Shown: one piece after another, positions 40,342 through 53,975 of the stretch
Position numbering within the stretch: the first letter of the stretch is position 1
How the letters are laid out: each line of letters opens with the position of its first letter
Source of the DNA: Octopus sinensis
Taxonomy: Eukaryota
NCBI RefSeq assembly: GCF_006345805.1
Contig: NC_043011.1
Span: 37,274,464-37,338,463 of the forward strand
Reading direction: 5' to 3'
DNA: 64,000 nt
Program-made: the position numbers and the translations under genes
The notes under the pieces: model-generated
Seen by the model: the letters and a program-made list of their open reading frames with translations, nothing else
Databases searched by the model: none
Told to the model about the DNA's origin: nothing

Positions 40342-40753
40342 GGCGCAGGAGTGGCTGTGTGGTAAGTAGCTTGCTAACGAACCACATGGTTCCGGGTTCA
40401 GTCCCACTGCGTGGCATCTTGGGCAAGTGTCTTCTGCTATAGCCCCGGGCCGACCAATGCCTTGTGAGTGGATTGGTAGACGGAAACTGAAAGAAGCTGT
40501 CGTATATATGTTATATATAAGTGTGTGTGTATATTTTGTGTGTCGTGTTTGCCCCCTAGCATTGCTTGACAACCGATGCTGGTGCGTTTACGTCCCCGTC
40601 ACTTAGCGGTTCGGCAAAAAAGAGACCGATAGAATAAGTACTGGGCTTACAAAGAATAAGTCCCGGGGTCGATTTGCTCGACTAAAGGCGGTGCTCCAGC
40701 ATGGCCGCAGTCAAATGACTGAAACAAGTAAAAGAGTAAAAGGCTAAAAGAGT
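40342..40753 (+). mobile_element. tRNA-derived SINE family A (CORE-like motif, internal TA/TG microsatellite), near full length
   Basis: Head ggcgcaggagtggctgtgtggtaag (A-box) ... gggttcagtccc (B-box), CORE-like cttgggcaagtg, and tail gactgaaacaagtaaaagagta. About 11 copies in the window. Confidence 0.85.
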
Positions 40754-40941
40754 ATGTATTCGTTTTAAAAATTCCTTATTGGAGATCGTATGTTGAAGCA
40801 GATACTGTCATATTCTTTGATTTACAAAATAAGAACACGCATTATATATTCGTTCTTCGCTATATTGTTGGTGTTATTTTAGTTTCCTTTGTTTAAAGAA
40901 TTTCGTCACGTTTTTAGTAACTCTGTATTCCGTGTGTCTAG

Positions 40942-41079
40942 ACGCTGAGGTTTTCACAGGAATGTATGATGAAAGATTTCTGTCCCAGACGGAATGGACT
41001 AAACTGCACAGTCGGAAAAGCGTTGAAAAGATAGTCACTGAAGAGTTCATAGAATATGTGACGCAGGAGTTCAAAGAAA
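40942..41079 (+). CDS. Candidate isolated internal exon, product unknown
   Basis: tag| ... |gtatat boundaries, 138 nt (symmetric phase 1-1), a single open frame (D)AEVFTGMYDERFLSQTEWTKLHSRKSVEKIVTEEFIEYVTQEFKE. No repeat identity recognised. Weak donor site. Confidence 0.3.
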
Positions 41080-41217
41080 GTATATTAAAACAAGAACAAT
41101 AATAAAGATAAAGTGAAGAATATATAGTGGTGCGTGTGTGTGTGTGTGTTTTTTTTTTTTTTTTGCAAATATGAACATGCCGAATATAACAATGAAAGTA
41201 TAATATATATATATATA

Positions 41218-41593
41218 GGAGCAGGAGTGGCTATGTAGCAAGTAGCTTGATTACCAAACTGATCCTGGGTCAGTCCCACTGCGTGGCACCATGGGCAAGT
41301 GGCTGCTCCTATAGCCTCGGGTCGACCAAAGCCTTGTGAGAGGAATTGGTAGATGGAAACTGGAAGAAGACCGTCGTATATGCGTATATATGTGTGTGTT
41401 TGTTTGTTTGATGTGTCTGTGTTGTCCCCGCAACATCGCTTGATAACAGATGCTGGTGTGTTTACGTCCCCGTAACTTAGCGGTTAGGCAAAAGTACTAG
41501 GCTTACAAAGAATAAGCTTTGAGGTGTATTTGCTTGACTAAAGGCGGTGCTCCAGCATGGCCGCCGTCAAATGACTGAAACAAGTAAAAGAGT
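41218..41593 (+). mobile_element. SINE family A copy
   Basis: Colinear with 40342-40753 with small deletions. Confidence 0.85.
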
Positions 41594-41619
41594 ATGTATA
41601 TGTATAGAAGAAATATAAA

Positions 41620-42028
41620 AGGAGCAAAAATTTGGTTTAATCGCTCTTCAGTGAACTCAACTGGACGGCCAGAACGAGGTGCATGTTTTGTGTCAAAATT
41701 TGAACTTAGCATACCAGTCTCGAGCGTTTCTTTCAGCTACGGTACCATCTCCATACACAGCACAAATGTCGCGAGCAGCTTTTGCGGCATTAGAACCTTG
41801 ATTAAAAGCGAAAAGAAGGAGGTGTCGAAAATGCTCGTTTTTCTTAACTTGACATTCCATTTTAATGATCTGTAAATAAACAAAAAATTAAACTAAAATT
41901 AACTAGAACAAAAGACTTATTCTAAAATGAATCAAAAATACAATTCTTGAAAAAAGTAGATTCCAAAATTTAAAAACGCAATAAATTCCAAAATCTAAGA
42001 AAACGGCGGGGGCTTAGTTGCCAACCCA

Positions 42029-42031
<3 letters not shown>
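41620..42031 (-). mobile_element. Mariner transposon 5' part (TIR and transposase N-terminus)
   Basis: TA-ttgggttggcaactaag TIR at ~42014-42031. ATG at 41860: MECQVKKNEHFRHLLLFAFNQGSNAAKAARDICAVYGDGTVAERNARDWYAKFK...APRSGRPVEFTEERLNQI. Confidence 0.9.
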
Positions 42032-42063
<32 letters not shown>

Positions 42064-42064
42064 T

Positions 42065-42180
<116 letters not shown>

Positions 42181-42910
42181 CAGACATACAAATAGAGAGT
42201 GAGAAAGAGATATCTACCTATCTACCTACGTAATCTTTCTATTCATCTCGCTAGCTATATATACACACGTATACATAGTTATATACTCATAAATACGTAA
42301 GTATATCGATGAACTGTTAGAAAAAAAGCAGTGGAATGTCTCTGATCGTGGCTAAATTCCATCAGGTCATCTGGGTTTACATAATTAGAAAGCTGAAAGT
42401 AAAGGAAAATGCAAGGGACCAAATCAGTTGTGAAATTATCAATACGTCAATAAGAGAAATTATGCAAATTAAGAATAATAATTGTAAAATTGTTTATTTT
42501 TAATTACATTACATCATCACATTTATTTTCAGAATTATGTAACAGTACGCGACTCATTAATATATTCATATTTCTGTAAGTTGATATTTAAATGTATGAA
42601 TGATTGTTATCGTTTTTTTACGATAGAATCGATGTCACTTCAAACATAATTTTGTGTGAAAGTTAGGAATATTAACATTTGTTTGCTCTTTAGTTATACG
42701 TATTTTTTAACATGTGCAACAGGAGAAATATGATCAAAGTGATATTGTGATATTTGTGTTAAGAAAAAAAGGAACTGTGAGTGAGGAGATTAAATTTCAG
42801 ATAAATGTATATCACACGAATAAGTATGAATATATATGCGTGCGTATGTGTATATATAAACATATATAGATAGATACATGCATACATACATACATACATA
42901 CATACATACA

Positions 42911-42941
<31 letters not shown>

Positions 42942-43070
42942 GTATATATTTATATGTGTGTGTAAGATTATAGCAGTGACTGGATCAATTCCTAGAGATA
43001 TCTGAAATTATGTATATATAAACATAAATAAATTGCATAAGTATGTTCGTGTGTACACGTGAGTATACGT

Positions 43071-43138
<68 letters not shown>

Positions 43139-43212
43139 GTGTGTGTGGTGTGTGTGTGTGTTTTGGTGTGCGTGTGTGTGTGTGTGTGTTTGTGTTTGGG
43201 ATTGTGTGTGTA

Positions 43213-43436
43213 CGAAGGTATGCTGAAAAGTTCCTGTCTTTAAGGATATTGTATCATGAAAAGCATGGTTAGGGGTCCAAATTTCCGAGTTCTTTTACGG
43301 GGTTTAGAAAAACTAAATTATCACTAAAATGAGGGTGTGAATTTAAGAGGAGAATACATTGAACAAAATCACATTGAACTGACCCTCCTGTATTTTCTTT
43401 AACCAAAAGCCAAGAAGTTTTCAGCATCTCCTTGTG
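43213..43436 (+). mobile_element. Internally deleted mariner (MITE)
   Basis: TA-cgaaggtatgctgaaaagttc ... aagttttcagcatctccttg..TA imperfect TIRs. Interior retains the transposase C-terminus remnant. Confidence 0.75.
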
Positions 43437-43789
43437 TATATATATATATATATGTGTATATATGCATATATACATATATATATATTTGTGTGTTGTGTGT
43501 GTGTGTGTGTGTGCATCTTCTGTCGTGAGTTATAGACATACCTGTAGACATACATACATATACAGATGTGTGCGTGTGCGTGTGTTGTGTGTGTGTGCGT
43601 GGTGTGTGTGTGGTGTGTGTGTGTGTGTATGTGAGTGCGTGTAACGGGCACGTGTTTACATTATCTAACCTCTGTTTTGAATGTCTGGACGTTGCGTTTC
43701 AGCGTCAGGGATGTCTTTCGTCAACAACAATGGTACTGTAAAGTGAAATGATATACACTGTTATGAGAAAGAAGTATGACACGGTTTGT

Positions 43790-43832
43790 GGATGGTTTGT
43801 GGTGGTGGTGGTGGTGGTGATGATGATGGTGG

Positions 43833-43878
<46 letters not shown>

Positions 43879-44110
43879 AATGAGCATGATGACATCGACA
43901 ACGATGATGTTGATGATGATGGGGATGATGATAATGATGGTGGTGGTGGTGGTGGTGGTGGTGGTTGTTGTGGTGTTTGCGGTGGTGGTGTTGGTGGTGG
44001 CAGTGCTTGTGGTTGGGGTGGTGATGATGATGATGCTGATGATGAGGAGGAGGATGAGGAGGTAGTAAGAAGAGGAGGAGGAGTAGGACGACGACGACGA
44101 TGAGGACAAT
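43790..44110. repeat. (GGT)n/(GAT)n/(GAG)n triplet low-complexity tract
   Basis: Direct inspection. Source of the spurious poly-His/Asp/Gly ORFs. Confidence 0.95.
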
Positions 44111-44599
44111 GACAGTGGAGACAATAATGATATGGACGATAAGGATGAAGACTACGACGTCCGATGCGAAGGTAATGTCAACTAGAGTGATAATAATTAT
44201 TTTGAGTTGATGACACCGAAGATGATGATCACCACATCCCCCGAAACCACCCTGCCCCAACCAAGCCACCCACCAACCCACCCACACAACATCCCCACTA
44301 AAACAATATTGATTGCAATGGTGATAATGTCTAAACAAATAAATAGAAATAATCAATACATGAATATAATAATTCTTATTTCATTTGATGGTTGTGTTCA
44401 TATGAAATCTTGATATAAGCGACCTCCTGAAACATTAATAACAGTAACAACAACAAAAACAACAACGACAAATTGTTGGGGATTAAAGTAGCCATAGACA
44501 TGAAGGGGGCTTGTTGAAATAGGAAAGGAAACATATATGAAATATAACTTGATGTTTAGCCATAGTATCAATAACAGTTAACGTACGTACTATATTACG

Positions 44600-44666
44600 T
44601 GTGTATATTTACACACACACACACACACATATACCTGTATATATATATATAATATATATTATATTA

Positions 44667-44724
<58 letters not shown>

Positions 44725-44733
44725 TTATATATA

Positions 44734-44776
<43 letters not shown>

Positions 44777-44945
44777 ATATAAATACATATATATATATAC
44801 ATATACCTGTATTTATGTATATATTATATATATTCACACATACACACATATATATATATGTATATATATATATGTAATATATATATATATACATATGCAT
44901 ATATATATATACATTATATATATATATATGTATATATATGTATGC

Positions 44946-44976
<31 letters not shown>

Positions 44977-45043
44977 ATATATATATATGCAGAAAGATAT
45001 ACATATACAATATATAGATGGATAGATAGGATAGGAGGGTAGG

Positions 45044-45091
<48 letters not shown>

Positions 45092-45345
45092 CAGATAGAT
45101 AGACAGACAGGCAGACAGAGAGATAGATAGGTAGGTAGATAGGTAGGTAGATAGGTAGATAGATAAGTAGGTTGGTAGGTAGGTTGGTAGAGAGGTATGG
45201 AGGTAGGTAGGTAAGGTAGATAGATAGAGAGATAGAGAGATAGATAGAAAGATAGATAGACAGATAGATAGATAGATAAATAGATAGATAGATAGGTAGA
45301 TAGATAGTTAGATAGATACATAGATTGATAGATAGATAGAAGCTG
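44600..45345. repeat. Compound (TA)n plus (GATA)n microsatellite block
   Basis: Direct inspection. Similar (GATA)n blocks at 42031-42142 and 50035-50365. Confidence 0.95.
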
Positions 45346-45878
45346 GATAAAGCTCTATTTGAACAAATAGAAAATTATTTAAATATGAATGTTTATTTTT
45401 GCTATTGAAGTTCAATTATTCTTTTGCCGCATCGCTATCGACAAAAATCATAAGTTATGTAATTCTATTGAAAGAGATACAATACGGTAGTGGTTACTGG
45501 TATTGTTGCTGCTTGTAGGTTTGTTGTTGCTTTTGTTATTCTCGCTACGCTTCTTGTTGTTCGATCTTACATTAACAATTCTGAAAACAAACACGTAAGA
45601 TGTATGATATTTCGGTCTTAGATTTCTTGATACGCCGGACAGTTAAGGGGCTTGACCTAGAAGTGAGCAGAGTGAGTTTTCGATCAGACGGTCTTGAGTT
45701 CGATTTCAGAGTCGTTGTTTATCTAGAGCTAAAAACAGGAGACCTGTATAACCGATCCGATTTCCTATGTTTGGCTAATTCTGGTGAAATATTTGACAAT
45801 TCTTCTCTGATAAGAGACTAGCGTTTAGAACAAGAAGTAGATACACTGGTTAAAGGTTTTCTTGGTACACTATGTCTG

Positions 45879-45945
45879 GGCATAATTAAGACAATACGAT
45901 CTCTTGTGGAATGTTTGTGATAACATTCCTTCATCAGATTATACC
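45879..45945 (-). ncRNA. Decayed full-size hammerhead scaffold
   Basis: Minus strand: ggtataat-CTGATGA-a-ggaatgtt atcaca aacattcc-ACAA-ga gatcgtattg tct-TA-attatgcc. Stems I (8 bp with one G-U) and II (8 bp) are intact and stem III is short. The GAAA half of the core is broken. Confidence 0.45.
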
Positions 45946-46445
45946 TGTGACAAAACTTCCACATGAACGACGCCATCTCTGAAAGAATCCAGACTAAAGG
46001 GCTTCCACCTGGTTGCTTCTTTGGCTAACAACAGCAGTTAATAGAGCTTGAAATTACACCTTATACCGTCCAAAGGAAAGAATCATACTGGATAATATTC
46101 CATATGGAGGATTATGATCCACTTAATATATTCTTATGTCGAACAATTGTTCAATGTTATCGCAATACGGAAGCAGCTGTAGAACAAAGTATGATGAAAC
46201 AATATTGCCACAGATTGTAGATTACTTCACACAACGTGGCATGGCCTAGGAAAAAAATAACAAAAACCATTGCTTACTGGTTTTACGAGTGCGTCCGGTC
46301 AGAAAAGAGCAGACTTCGATATTATGATTCACTGTTTATTGTGATGATATAATTAAGAAATATATTTTTTGAAAAATATTACACATATTGTAAAGTAAAA
46401 TATTCTATTTATTTAAATGAACATTACTGATGTATACATACATAC

Positions 46446-46531
<86 letters not shown>

Positions 46532-46689
46532 CAGAGAGACAGACAGACAGAGAGACAGACAGACAGACAGACAGACCCACAAACAAACAGATAGACAGAG
46601 AGACAGACAGGTGGTCACATAGATAGATCTTTATATGTGGTATTGAGTGCACACATACATACATATATATATATACATACATATATCTA

Positions 46690-46745
<56 letters not shown>

Positions 46746-46947
46746 TGTATATTTGTGTTTAATATACTCTTCATTTTGTGGTGTTATCAACAAGAAAAGT
46801 ATACAATCCAATGAGAAAAATGTATCCTCCAATGAATGATTGACAGATCGTGCACGATATGCTATACAAGTATCGCTCCATTGCCGAAATAATATACTTC
46901 CATCAAACTTGAAATAGCTCACGTATTTCACCTCTATTCATTCAGTA

Positions 46948-47001
<54 letters not shown>

Positions 47002-47625
47002 TATTGGGGTGCGCCGTGTGCATGTCCATTTGTGTGTTTATGTTATACAAAGCATCACTCGCAAGCAAGCAAGCAATAGCAACGTGGCTACGTGTACCAT
47101 ACTTTCGTTGATCATTTGTCCGGTGCACTAACAAGTCTGTCACGTGTTTCCAGGTTCAAAAACACGTGCCAACATGCATGTGTACCATTATGTGTTTCAT
47201 TGGTACGTGACATATGTCCATGTTTATGATCGCTTAACACGCTCTAATAATTATTACGGCAGTTTTCTCCCTAGCTCACTTTCGTACTAATATATTTACT
47301 ATAATCTACGTGTTATAATAATAAGTGAGATATGTCAACGTAAAATATAGATGGTTGAATAAATACATGCATACATATATAAATACATACACATACACAC
47401 ACCCACAGATAAATTTGTTATACTTATATTTCGCTACTTTAACGTATGCATCTCCTACATTGTAGTGTATATATGTATTTGTAAATATCTACATACAAAT
47501 AAAGATACATCTATATGTGTAGGTGTGTGAGTATCTACCTGTCATCCTTCCAAATATATGTGAAAGTAACTATATATGCATATGTATGCGTGTGTATGTA
47601 TATATGTGTTGGGTTATATATATGT

Positions 47626-47728
<103 letters not shown>

Positions 47729-48461
47729 TAGGTACATATTATACATATATACATACATATATATATATATATATAATATATATATATAATATATACCTTT
47801 ATATGCATATATATTTTTACATTCACATGTAAATATATGTATGAGAGGTATATGGTGACAGAAACGGTAGAGAGAAAATCATAGAGATATAGATATGAGG
47901 AGAGAGAAATGGAAGAAAAGAGACAGACAGGAGGAAAGAAAGAACCAAGTATATAAAGAGAGGAGCAAATGAAGTAGGAAGAATGAATAAAGCTGGATGT
48001 AAACGAGAAAAATACAGAAATGGATAACTAACTAAATAAATAAATAAATAAATACTAGTATCAGATATCGATAATAAAAAAGAAAAATGAAGTCCAAAGA
48101 CACGATATTGGAGATTTTTCTATTGGTGTTTGTATGGTGTTTTCCTCATTCCACTTGTAGTTGTTTTTGTTGTTGTAGTGCTGTTATGTTATGGTTGTTC
48201 CTGTAGCTGTTATTTATGTTGTTGCTGCAGTTGTATTATATTTATATTTGCCTTTCTCGGCATGATATTGAAATAAATCTGTCAGCTATGACTAACATAG
48301 GATTTGTTTCTATAAACACACTTCTTCAGTTTTATACGTCAACATCAACGTGAGATCTGTAAGTCAATAAGAAAGCAAGCATAAAATCGGCATAAACAAG
48401 GTGTATATATATATATATAAGATATATATATAAATTTATATATATATATATAATATATATA

Positions 48462-48567
<106 letters not shown>

Positions 48568-48571
48568 TATC

Positions 48572-48607
<36 letters not shown>

Positions 48608-49439
48608 ATATATATATATATATGTGGATATACACAATATTGCTTTCTTATTTTGTTATTTTACAATTCTGCTCGCTATAAAATGGTTTGGAGTTATATA
48701 GTTATATCTCGATGTGCTTACCAGCATATGGACGTCTAAATATAGTTTCCCACAGTTCACCGTTACGAAATTCGTTATAAACTGAACAAGAAGTCTTGTG
48801 ACATATACATATATATGCGTGCGTGTGTGAATTCATATATATGCATATATATTTATATACACTTGTGTGTGTGTGTGTAGCATTTTGTCACACTTATGCA
48901 ATATTTCTATCAATATATATATATATATATATATACGAGCATTTGTTATGTATGTGTGTATGTATATATGTATGCATGCATGTACGGATGTACGTGTGGC
49001 TGTGTGATAAGAAGCTTGCTTCCCAACCACATCGTACGCTCTCACTGCGTGCCACATTGGGCAAGTGTCCTCTCCTATAACTTCGAGCCGATCAAAGACT
49101 TGTAACTTGATTTGGCAGACGGAAACTAAAAGTAACCCGTCGTGTGTATATATATATATATATATATTGCATAAAGTTTTACGCAAACTTGATGATACTC
49201 AAGTTCAAACCATCCACAAGTTTCAGTAGATTTTTGGCGATGGTAGCATGGGCAAAACTCAGATCAAAGAATGGTAAAACCGCTGCAAAGATGGTCCAGC
49301 TCAGTGGATATTTACACCCAGTTGGACTGTTGACCCACAAGGTGGAACGAGTAGCTGATTGAGACGGTCTGGTGAATAGTAATGGAAGAGTGTGGGGTAG
49401 CAATCCAGAAAGATTCTCACAAAGTGCCAATAGACGCAT

Positions 49440-49829
49440 TCCTATTTAATGGGAGATTTGTGCATGTTGAGAGTGTCTGCGACAAAATAATATCGGCTAC
49501 TTTTCAATGCACCCTGTAATCCTGGATTTACTGGTGGAAAACAATACATCAAGCTTCCCTTCTTGGCACCCTGTGGCGTCTGGCTCTTCAACCACTTGAA
49601 AACTGCGTTGAAAGAGAGGCAATCTGAGGTAAAAGCGACGGTAGTGTCTAATAACTTCCCAGAGATGCCGTTCCAGAAGTGTTATCAGAAGTTGCAGGAC
49701 CGCAGAGAAACGTTTGTGAGATATCAAAGGGATTATTGTAATGGTGATGACAAAACAATTGGTGAAATTAAATGCCACAATTGTAAATTTCTATGCCCAA
49801 AGGTCGGTACTTTTGAACGTACCTCGTAA
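49440..49829 (+). mobile_element. Mariner transposon 3' part
   Basis: LAPCGVWLFNHLKTALKER...FQKCYQKLQDRRETFVRYQRDYCNGD (SPDLAPxDF-type motif region). Ends in a TIR-like ggtacttttgaacgtacctcg-TA. Confidence 0.8.
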
Positions 49830-49909
49830 ATTCATACATACATACATATATGTTTATATATATACACACACACACACACACATATATATATTATATATAT
49901 ATATATATA

Positions 49910-49944
<35 letters not shown>

Positions 49945-49945
<1 letters not shown>

Positions 49946-50001
49946 CGGGAAGCTTTATGAAAATAGGCAAAAGACGAAGGCAGGTTTACGGAAATAAACA
50001 A
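49945..50001 (-). mobile_element. Short terminal fragment of the same PLE family as 12256-13068
   Basis: acgggaagctttatgaaaataggcaaaagacgaaggcaggtttacggaaataaaca matches 12256-12310 and also follows a (TA)n run. Confidence 0.75.
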
Positions 50002-50068
50002 ATATATATAATACACATATATAGAGAGAGAGAAATAGATAGATATATAGATAGATATATAGACAGAC

Positions 50069-50135
<67 letters not shown>

Positions 50136-50207
50136 CTGATAGATAGATTGATAGATAGACGGACAGACAGATAGATAGATAAATAGATAGATAGATAGAT
50201 AGATAAG

Positions 50208-50274
<67 letters not shown>

Positions 50275-50284
50275 GTAGGTAGAT

Positions 50285-50364
<80 letters not shown>

Positions 50365-50874
50365 TACATGCATACTTATTTATATGGAAGAGTGAAAGAG
50401 AGTGGGAGAGAAACGAATAGGGAGCAAGAGAGAACCATGGGAGACAGGATTTACGCACAATACAAAAAAGTGATGCTGGACATAGAAAGAAAGATTACTC
50501 TCATGCAAACCATAACAAAAAGTTATTGAAAATCATTGAGTGCGTTTTATGTGTATATTTCTTTGTTTGTTTTCTAAGTAAAACGTGAATAAAGTAGAAA
50601 AATACTTCAGTCATAAGAAAATTTGTTAAATAAACAGTTTCAATATAGCTATGAAGCGAATGTAATACAAGATGAAAACCTACAAAAGCTAAACTGGAAT
50701 GAAATTTATATAAAGATCCATTGGTTTTAAAGAATAGCATGTTGGCAACTTGCTGACAAAATACAAATGAAAGCTTCGTAACAATATATATGTTTCAATG
50801 CTTTTGGGAGTTTAAAGATTTAATTCAGAATTCAATTCTATGGAAAGGTATTAGTCCAAATAATAATAATAATA

Positions 50875-50943
<69 letters not shown>

Positions 50944-51053
50944 TGATGATGATAATACTACTACTACTAGTAATAATAATAATAATAATAATTATTATTA
51001 TTATTATTATCATTATTATTATTATCATCCATCATCATCAATATTATTATTAA

Positions 51054-51114
<61 letters not shown>

Positions 51115-51174
51115 TACGATGTCGCACAGTCTTCCAGTAACGTTATATTGTTGATTGAAAATATTGTGTGAACT

Positions 51175-52925
51175 GGGGAATAAATATGAAGAACAAGAAG
51201 AAGATGAAGAAACAACAAAAGCTATAAAACAAATGAAATCCAAACTAAAAATAGAACAGCAACGAACCATGATAAAATGATGGCAAGAAAAGCCCCTTCA
51301 TGGTAAATACTGGACTAAACTAAACGCAAAAGAAATAGACAAAGCAAAATCCCAGCAATGGTTGAGAAGCTCAGGACTCAAAGCAGAGATAGAGGGATTT
51401 TTAATTGAAGCACAAGACCAAAGCCTCCCCACCAGAAATTACCAAAAACGTGTAATGAAAAGAAATATAACAAGTAACTGCAGAATATGTGGAGATGGAC
51501 AAGAAACAATAAATCATATTATCTCTGGCTGCCAAGTCCCGGCTAAGAAGGAATATATTCACAGACATGAGATAGTTGGAACCTACATACACTGGAAGCT
51601 ATGCCAATATTATGGAATATCAACAGAAAAAAGATGGTATAGGCACACACCAGAAAAGGTCACAGAAAACGGTCACAGCAACCATACACTGGGATATGCC
51701 GATACACACAGGTAGAGAAATTAAGGCCAACAGACCAGATATAGTTGTCAGAGATCATGAAGAGTAAAAATGCTTTCTAATTGATGTATCAATACCGGCA
51801 GATGACAACGTTCTCTAGAAGAAATGGAGAAACTTTCAAAATATAAAAGACCTGGAAATAGAGGTGTAGCAGTAGCCATTTTAGCCATTTTGAAATGTGG
51901 CGCGAATTGGCAATATGACGTAATGTCTTTTCCGAGGAATTGTCATTTTTGTTCTTTTCCCATTGGTTTGTGTAACTGCTCGTATAAAGATTCTAGAAGT
52001 TTCGAAAAGAATGTTTGTCCTGAATTTCGATTCTTTTTGATCAGGTTGAGCAGTTATAAAAACCCTGGATTCGGGAGAGATTTAGTGTTCGTTGGTAGTC
52101 ATTCAACTCCACGACACTCACTCTTTTGGAGACATCGGTAATTTTTTATGCCATGTCTACGTTAATCACAACTCTATTTTGATTTGTTGGTTAACGTATT
52201 AGATAGAAAAAGAAATTAGCTAAGGAATTTAAAGTCGTTTTTCTTCACGACTAAGTTATCTTTCTTCTTGTAAATAAATATAAAATGTTATATTTTTATA
52301 AATAAAATAATTAAAAAGAAAATGTTTCTCTTCACGTTTGTTTTTCAACTGAGCTTAGATAAATATGCATTTCTGTAATCTTTGTTTTATGTTTCTTATA
52401 TCGGTTTAAAGGACACGATTAAAATATTCAATATACATGGTCGTTGAGTTAGCGTTCCATGCGTATATGTCTATATGACATTACAACAGCAGTTAGGGTT
52501 TTAGATACAATGATAACACTTTAGTATAAGTGACGATAAATCATTATATTTTCCCTTACTCAGAGGAAAGCCTAAATAAATACTATAACTCTTAAGAGAA
52601 AGCTTAAGGTAGAATAAACCGACAGCCGCCATAGGAAAGAGGTAACCAGAATGTTGGATCTAAAAACAGATACAATTCCTATCATAGTAGGTGCATTAGG
52701 CATGATAAAAAAATATTCAGACAAATACCTAACAAAAATACCAGGACTTACAAACACATATAACATACAGAAAATTGCACTACTAGGCACTGCACACATC
52801 ATACGCAGAACACCTTCCATACAATAGCCATCAGGGCATCACAACAAATCACAGCACATACCCAAGGCACACAGAGCTGCGCTCGGTAGTGAAGTGAAAG
52901 CACACTATAAAAATAAAACTACTGA
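51175..52925 (+). mobile_element. R4/Dong-type non-LTR retrotransposon 3' fragment (restriction-like endonuclease), interrupted
   Basis: WQEKPLHGKY...LRSSGLKAEIEGFLIEAQDQSLPTRNY...CRICGDGQETINHIISGC (CCHC)...NRPDIVVRD..KCFLIDVSIP (PD-D motif)...DLEIEV | TRM..IPIIVGALGMIKK...QKIALLGTAHIIR. Then a 3' UTR and (AAT)n tail. Frameshifts present. Confidence 0.9.
51866..52633. mobile_element. ~770-bp insertion splitting the R4/Dong ORF (solo-LTR-like)
   Basis: The ORF stops at ggaaatagaggt (51854-65) and resumes at ggaaagaggt-aaccaga (52634-). The insert starts TGTAGC and has a TATA-like tataaaa and an aataaa near its end. Confidence 0.55.
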
Positions 52926-52960
52926 ATAATAATAATAATAATAATAATGATGATGATAAC

Positions 52961-53019
<59 letters not shown>

Positions 53020-53162
53020 TAATAATAATGATGATGATAATAAAAATAATAATAATGATGATAAGAAGAACAAGAACAAGAATAAGAACAACACAACAAC
53101 AGCAACAACAACAATAATAATAATAATAACAACAACAAAAACAACAATAATGATGATGATAA

Positions 53163-53975
53163 CATGGAAATTTTAATAGGGATGTTGAAAACAAGACAGA
53201 AATAAGATGGCTATAGACGGCGAAAAGTGATTTAAAACCGGAAATTTGAAGCACTAATCGGTGCTGCCCAAGAGCAAGTACTAAGAACAAACTATATAAA
53301 ATACAGAATTGACAACACATCAGAAAGTGACAAGTTCCGAATATGTGGACAAAATAGGGAAACCGTATGACATATTACCAGACAATATACACCACTAGCC
53401 CAGAAGGAATATAAGAGACGCCACGACAATTTAACAAGGCTTGTCCATTAGACACTTTGCAATAAGTATGGACATGACAGAGCAAAATGTTGGTGTGATC
53501 ACAAACCCGAAGACATCATCGAAAATGATAATGCAAGATCCTATGGGATTTTATAATTCAGTGCGACCATGAGATAGGGAATAGGAAGCCATAGACTTAA
53601 TAAAGAAATAAAGCAAACTATGCTGGATCATAGATATAGCATGCCCAGCTGACGAGGTATGCGATATTGAAGACAGAAAAGTCGATAGATATGACAGGTT
53701 AGCTTGGGAATTTAAGCAGTTGTGGTCGATGAAAAAGGTGGTAATATTACCAATAATTGTCGGAGTTGTGGGAACAGTGAGTAAAAATCTTGAGAAGTAC
53801 ATGGAGCAAATAGGGGTGCAATAAGGGTGGAGAACTTGCAGAAAATAGCACTGATTGGAATCGCCCGAATACCCCGGAAGGAGCGCGAACAATAAGGGGT
53901 GTTACCTTAGTTCACTGATAGTGAACAGCTGACACTGTAGTACATCTCCAGCGTTAGAAGTTGTGCAAAGGCAAT
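53163..53975 (+). mobile_element. Second R4/Dong-type LINE 3' fragment (different subfamily)
   Basis: EALIGAAQEQVLRTNYIKYRID...RICGQNRETV*HI...KEYKRRHD...ILWDF.IQCDHEI...WIIDIACPAD...LPIIVGVVGTVSKNLEKY...LQKIALIG. Flanked by (AAT/AAC)n. Confidence 0.85.

Noticed and set aside
43705-44356. Long ORFs rich in poly-His/Asp/Gly/Met
   Set aside because: They are generated by (GAT)n/(GGT)n triplet repeats that are open in several frames on both strands. No splice or domain evidence.
53645-53690. CTGACGA...GAAA hammerhead-like string
   Set aside because: It lies inside the LINE coding frame (CPADEVCDIEDRK) and has no stem I or II pairing. Similar CTGANGA hits at 641, 12024, 16569, 24388, 26424 and 48323 also lack the helices.
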